Part shown: positions 58,570 through 64,000 of the stretch, one piece after another | Layout of the letters: the number at the start of each line of letters is the position of its first letter | Position numbering within the stretch: position 1 is the first letter of the stretch | NCBI GenBank assembly: GCA_040954595.2 | Contig: CM082595.2 | Span: 9,723,918 to 9,787,917, forward strand | Origin: Balanoglossus misakiensis | Taxonomy: Eukaryota; Animalia; Hemichordata | DNA: 64,000 bases | Reading direction: 5' to 3' | Translations under genes and position numbers: made by a program | Notes under the pieces: generated by a model | Seen by the model: only the letters and a program-made list of their open reading frames with translations | Databases searched by the model: none | What the model was told of the DNA's origin: nothing

Positions 58570-61500
58570 AAATACTACCACAGAGGGTGCTATACTATAT
58601 GACCATCAACTGAGTATCATTCAAAAACTCTGTGCACAGTGGGTAAATACACATTTGTTTTTTTTAGGAGACTTTCATCAGTTGCAGTAAAATACAACGT
58701 GACTACACTATATACACCAATGAGAATGGCCATGTAATTCAGAGAGTGCTTGATATTAAAACTGTATCATAGTTGTGGCCTTTACTGCTGATAATTAGGT
58801 TACCATAGATACAAGCCCAATGCAACAGGACAGGGATAAACATATGCAAAGACAAGATTAAACCCCACCTCCATAATCAAAATACTACAGCAGAGGGCGC
58901 TATACTATATGACCATCAACTGAGTATCATTCAAATACTCTGTGCACAGTGGGTAAAGACACATTTGTTTTTTTAGGAGACTTTCATCAGTTGCAGTAAA
59001 ATACAACGTGACTACACTATATACACCAATGAGAATGGCCGTGTAATTCAGAGAGTGCTTGATATTAAAACTGTTTCATAGTTGTGGCCTTTACTGCTGA
59101 TAATTAGGTTACCATAGATACAAGCCCACTGCAACAGGACAGGGATAAACATATGCAAAGGCAAGATTAAACCCCACCTCTGTAATCAAAATAATAATAA
59201 TAATAATAATTTATTTGTATAGTGTCAGTATCCACAAAAATGTGATCAATGACGCTTAAAGCAAAAGTACAATACAACAAATGGCTAAAAAACAGATTTA
59301 AAAAGTAAAGTTTTAACATTTGATTTAAAAACAGATAAGTCTGGTGCCTGGCGAATGGTGAGTGGAAGATTATTCCAAAGAATTGGAGCAGCAACAGTAA
59401 AAGCACGATCACCATAACTCTTAGTGCGTGATCGAACAAGGCAGAGTTTGAACTGATCAGCTGACCTTAAATTGCGACACGGAACATATAGATTAGTCAT
59501 GCTAGAAAGATAGATTGGACCAAGTTTATGAATGGATTTAAAAATGAGAACTAACATCTTAAAAACAATACGCTGTGTAACAGGTAGCCAGTGCAACTGA
59601 TACAAAATTGGAGTGATGTGACAGGTGATTTTTGAATGAGTAACAATTCTAGCAGCAATATTCTGAACGCGTTGGATACGGTTGATTGAATACTTCGGGA
59701 GCCCAAATAAAAGTGAATTACATGAATCAATTCGAGAAGTAATGAATGCATGAACTAATTGCTCTGTAGCAGAATGAGATAAATATTTGCGGATAAGCGC
59801 AATGCGACGTAAATGAAAAGTGGCAGAGCGGCAGATCTGTCCAATATGTGGCTTCATTGTCAGACAAGAGTCAAGGATCACACCAAGGCTCTTAGCCTGA
59901 CAATGGACAGGAATCAGAGAATCGCCAACACGAATTTCTGAAATCCCTCTAGCAGACAGATCACCAGAAATACCAAAGAAAATAACAAATTCAGTCTTAT
60001 CGTCGTATAAGCACAAGAAGTTTTCAGACATCCAAAACCTAACATCGGATATACAAAGTTCAAAATTTGAAACAGTTCTTGCTGCGTTGTCTTTACTAAA
60101 AGACATATAAAGTGAAGAGTCATCTGCATAAAAACTATAAAGACAACCATGACTTTGAACTAATTCACCAAATGGAGACGGGTACATATTGAAAAGTATG
60201 GGACCAAGAACTGATCCCTATGGTACCCCAGTGTCGAGCTGATAGAAAGGTGATTGGGTGGAATTTACAAGTACACACTGACTACGATTGGAAAGGTATG
60301 ACTTAAACCACATGAGAACAGTATCTGAGAGACCAAAATACTACCACAGAGGGTGCTATACTATATGACCATCAACTGAGTATCATTCAAATACTCTGTG
60401 CACAGTGGGTAAACACACATTTGGTTTTTTAGGAGACTTTCATCAGTTGTAGTAAAATACAACGTGACTACACTATATACACCAATGAGAATGGCCATGT
60501 AATTCAGAGAGTGCTTGATATTAAAACTGTTTCATAGTTGTGGCCTTTACTGCTGATAATTAGGTTACCATAGATACAAGCCCAATGCAACATGACAGGG
60601 ATAAACATATGCAAAGACAAGATTAAACCCCACCTCCATAATCAAAATCATACCACAGAGGGCGCTATACTATATGACCATCAACTGAGTATCATTCAAA
60701 TACTCTGTGCACAGTGGGTAAAGACTTATTTGTTTTTTTTAGGAGACTTTCATCAGTTGCAGTAAAATACAACGTGACTACACTATATACACCAATGAGA
60801 ATGGCCATGTAATTCAGAGAGTGCTTGATATTAAAACTGTTTCATAGTTGTGGCCTTTACTGCTGATAATTAGGTTACCATAGATACAAGCCCAATGCAA
60901 CATGACAGGGATAAACATATGCAAAGACAAGATTAAACCCCACCTCCATAATCAAAATCATACCACAGAGGGCGCTATACTATATGACCATCAACTGAGT
61001 ATCATTCAAATACTCTGTGCACAGTGGGTAAAGACTTATTTGTTTTTTTTAGGAGACTTTCATCAGTTGCAGTAAAATACAACGTGACTACACTATATAC
61101 ACCAATGAGAATGGCCATGTAATTCAGAGAGTGCTTGATATTAAAACTGTTTCATAGTTGTGGCCTTTACTGCTGATAATTAGGTTACCATAGATACAAG
61201 CCCAATGCAACATGACAGGGATAAACATATGCAAAGACAAGATTAAACCCCACCTCCATAATCAAAATACTACCACAGAGGGCGCTATACTATATGACCA
61301 TCAACTGAGTATCATTCAAATACTCTGTGCACAGTGGGTAAAGACACATTTGGTTTTTTAGGAGACTCTCATCAGTTGTAGTAAAATACAACGTGACTAC
61401 ACTATATACACCAATGAGAATGGCCATGTAATTCAGAGAGTGCTTGATATTAAAACTGTTTCATAGTTGTGGCCTTTACTGCTGATAATTAGGTTACCAT

Positions 61501-62530
61501 AGATACAAGCCCAATGCAACATGACAGGGATAAACATATGCAAAGACAAGATTTAACCCCACCTCCATAATCAAAATACTACCACAGAGGGCGCTATACT
61601 ATATGACCATCAACTGAGTATCATTCAAATACTACTCATTCAAATACTCTGTGCACAGTGGGTAAAGACACATTTGGTTTTTTAGGAGACTTTCATCAGT
61701 TGCAGTAAAATACAACGTGACTACACTATATACACCAATGAGAATGGCCATGTAATTCAGAGAGTGCTTGATATTAAAACTGTTTCATAGTTGTGGCCTT
61801 TACTGCTGATAATTAGGTTACCATAGATACAAGCCCAATGCAACATGACAGGGATAAACATATGCAAAGACAAGATTAAACCCCACCTCCATAATCAAAA
61901 TACTACCACAGAGGGCGCTATACTATATGACCATCAACTGAGTATCATTCAAATACTCTGTGCACAGTGGGTAAAGACACATTTGGTTTTTTAGGAGACT
62001 TTCATCAGTTGTAGTAAAATACAACGTGACTACACTATATACACCAATGAGAATGGCCATGTAATTCAGAGAGTGCTTGATATTAAAACTGTTTCATAGT
62101 TGTGGCCTTTACTGCTGATAATTAGGTTACCATAGATACAAGCCCAATGCAACATGACAGGGATAAACATATGCAAAGACAAGATTTAACCCCACCTCCA
62201 TAATCAAAATACTACCACAGAGGGCGCTATACTATATGACCATCAACTGAGTATCATTCAAATACTCTGTGCACAGTGGGTAAAGACACATTTGGTTTTT
62301 TAGGAGACTTTCACCAGTTGCTGTAAAATACAACGTGACTACACTATATGCACCAATGAGAATGGCCGTGTAATTCAGAGTGCTTGATATTAAAACTGTT
62401 TCAAAGCTGTGGCCTTTACTGCTGATAATTAGGTTACCATAGATACAAGTGGAATGGAACCGGACAGGGATAAACATACAAAGGCTAGGTTACCCCCCCC
62501 CAAATACTACCACAGAGGGCGCTATACTGA
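58570..62530 (+). repeat. About 310-bp tandem array, about 9 units, interrupted by a LINE
   Basis: taccacagagggcgctatactatatgaccatc anchor at 58576, 58886, 60342, 60651, 60961, 61271, about 61580, 61904, 62213, 62508. Confidence 0.95.
59194..60333 (-). mobile_element. 5'-truncated L2/CR1-group LINE with (TTA)n tail and CAAAATA target duplication
   Basis: ORF 59285..60187: FYADD, TEQLVHAFITSRIDSCNSLL, LHWLPVTQRIVFK, YGDRAFTVAAPILWNNLP; AATAAA and (TTA)n at the 3' end; caaaata at 59187-59193 and 60334-60340. Confidence 0.92.
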
Positions 62531-64000
62531 TCATCAAGTCTGTACCATTGAAATAAATCTGTGCAGAGTGGGTAAATTAGGCATTTGGTTCTTCAGATTT
62601 TCATAAGTTGCACTAAAATGCTATGTGGCCCACTACAAGGACAAATAAGTCAAAAATGGCAAATTTGACGTTTACTTTGAGGTTGGCATGGGGCAAACGA
62701 GACAATACAAGAACACTGAAACTCAATTAGTGAAACACTAAAGTTGTACTTTATTTCTCTAACAAACTTAGAGAAAATTTACATGGCCATCTTTTTACTC
62801 AGAGACCTGATGTTGAATAGAAATGTGGTAGTGCAGGTCCACATGAGTGCCGTGTACTAGCCTCTCTCTCTGCAAATCCATCCACAACTTGCATGCAGAT
62901 AGTGGGAGTCTGATGTAAGCAACTACTGCAGTTACAGTCAGGACGTAAGTGGGATAATTAAACAGCAGGGGATCATGCAATGCAAACAATTGAACTGGCC
63001 AGTAACGTTTGAATTGCTCATTTGCATACAGTTTTTCAACTTTTTTCACAACGAAAGTTAAGCAACTAGCAACCCATTTCTGACAATTATTTCACCCCAG
63101 GCACATTACTGGTACTATGAGTGTACTACATGTGATTTTTCATGAAGTTTTATCGAGAAGAATTTCTTTACTTCCACTGACAAAATTGTGATCTCGAAAT
63201 TCAAAGTGACCTTGAAGTTACAAAAAAAAAAAATATCAGCCATACCCACACAAAAATTAACCCCCTCAGGTTTTAGAAACATTATTAAACTCCTCTATTC
63301 ATAATTTTGACATGAATATATCCATGCCGAGAGTCAAGGACCACAATTTACTGTGCCATAGGTCAGTCCTGAGAAGTCAGTCAGCGTGAATAGTGTATAG
63401 ACTCCGTATGTAATATGCTAATGAGAGATAACGACACGTTGAAAAGGAAGCCATTACGTCATGGGTTAACATGCGTTGACCTACTTCAATGCATACACAT
63501 ATGGCAAACACGGCTGTACTCGTCGATGGCGAAGGCAATTTTTACACCATCATTACTCCACAACGGAGCGGCTCACACTATTATAATTTCACGGTAACTT
63601 AGTTCAATATCTTCCTAACCTACCCAATTTTTTTCAAGACAAGAAATCTTTGCCGAGAGTCAAGGACCACAATTTAAACCAACATACCGAAACTGTCTTT
63701 CTCGGGAAAGCGTCGTTAAAACTTCACGAAAAATCATCCTATCATTGACTATGGTGTTTCATACACGTCTTAGAAAAATGGGTGCACTACGATCACTTGT
63801 AGTACCGAAAATCTCCGTTTGAAAATTTTTCGAACTGGCCGTAACTGCCACTCAGCGACTTTCACATTCAAATAGATCTCTTTGATCTCACCGCCGTAAT
63901 TACCCCACTTACGTCCTGACTGGTTAATACTTACAAAGTGTATTACCTCCAACACCCCATGGACGGTATCATGTCATCACCAGTAGCTATAGGTTGTTTT

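Larger units (their letters stand above)
55270..62817. repeat. 7.5-kb interval bounded by about 450-bp inverted repeats (55270-55730 / 62370-62817)
   Basis: ttcaacatcaggtctctgagtaaaaagatggccatg versus catggccatctttttactcagagacctgatgttgaa, collinear inward into the 310-bp unit. Confidence 0.85.

Noticed and set aside
58570-62530. 310-bp array as a CRISPR, snRNA or 5S gene cluster
   Set aside because: No spacers and no recognisable RNA-gene sequence or Pol III boxes in the unit.
62823-62935. Processed (spliced) retrocopy of 54.5-55.0 kb
   Set aside because: Junctions do not coincide with GT-AG boundaries on either strand.
63400-64000. Possible degenerate coding or viral sequence
   Set aside because: Frames I translated contain frequent stops and no recognisable motif.

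Overview
AT-rich, repeat-dense animal (probably marine invertebrate; taxon is inference) genomic DNA with spliceosomal introns; nothing prokaryotic and no CRISPR array. 1-5505 is a near-identical copy of 23645-33672; both carry an 86-bp tandem array (about 25 and about 78 units). The first copy runs into a rearranged Ty3/Gypsy remnant (gag knuckles, -1 frameshift signal, protease, integrase, PPT; RT/RNase H absent) fused tail-to-tail to a truncated Gmr1-like LTR retrotransposon (LTR, tRNA-Pro PBS, SCAN-type gag, protease then integrase). 39324-51089 (minus) holds 15 exons of the 3' half of an uninflatable/SVEP1-like membrane protein gene (pentraxin/LamG, HYR, sushi, GCC2/GCC3 repeats, EGF, TM, NPxY tail) with one damaged exon. 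One intron contains the most interesting object: a 2.65-kb Crypton-like tyrosine-recombinase element with ATAA terminal repeats, a 153-bp terminal hairpin with DNA-specific stabilising features, and a split inverted repeat that would be completed on circularisation. The right end has a 310-bp tandem array interrupted by a 5'-truncated L2/CR1-type LINE, a tRNA-like remnant and several MITE/foldback elements. All coordinates were read by eye and may be off by a few bases; family names come from motif recognition, not database searches.
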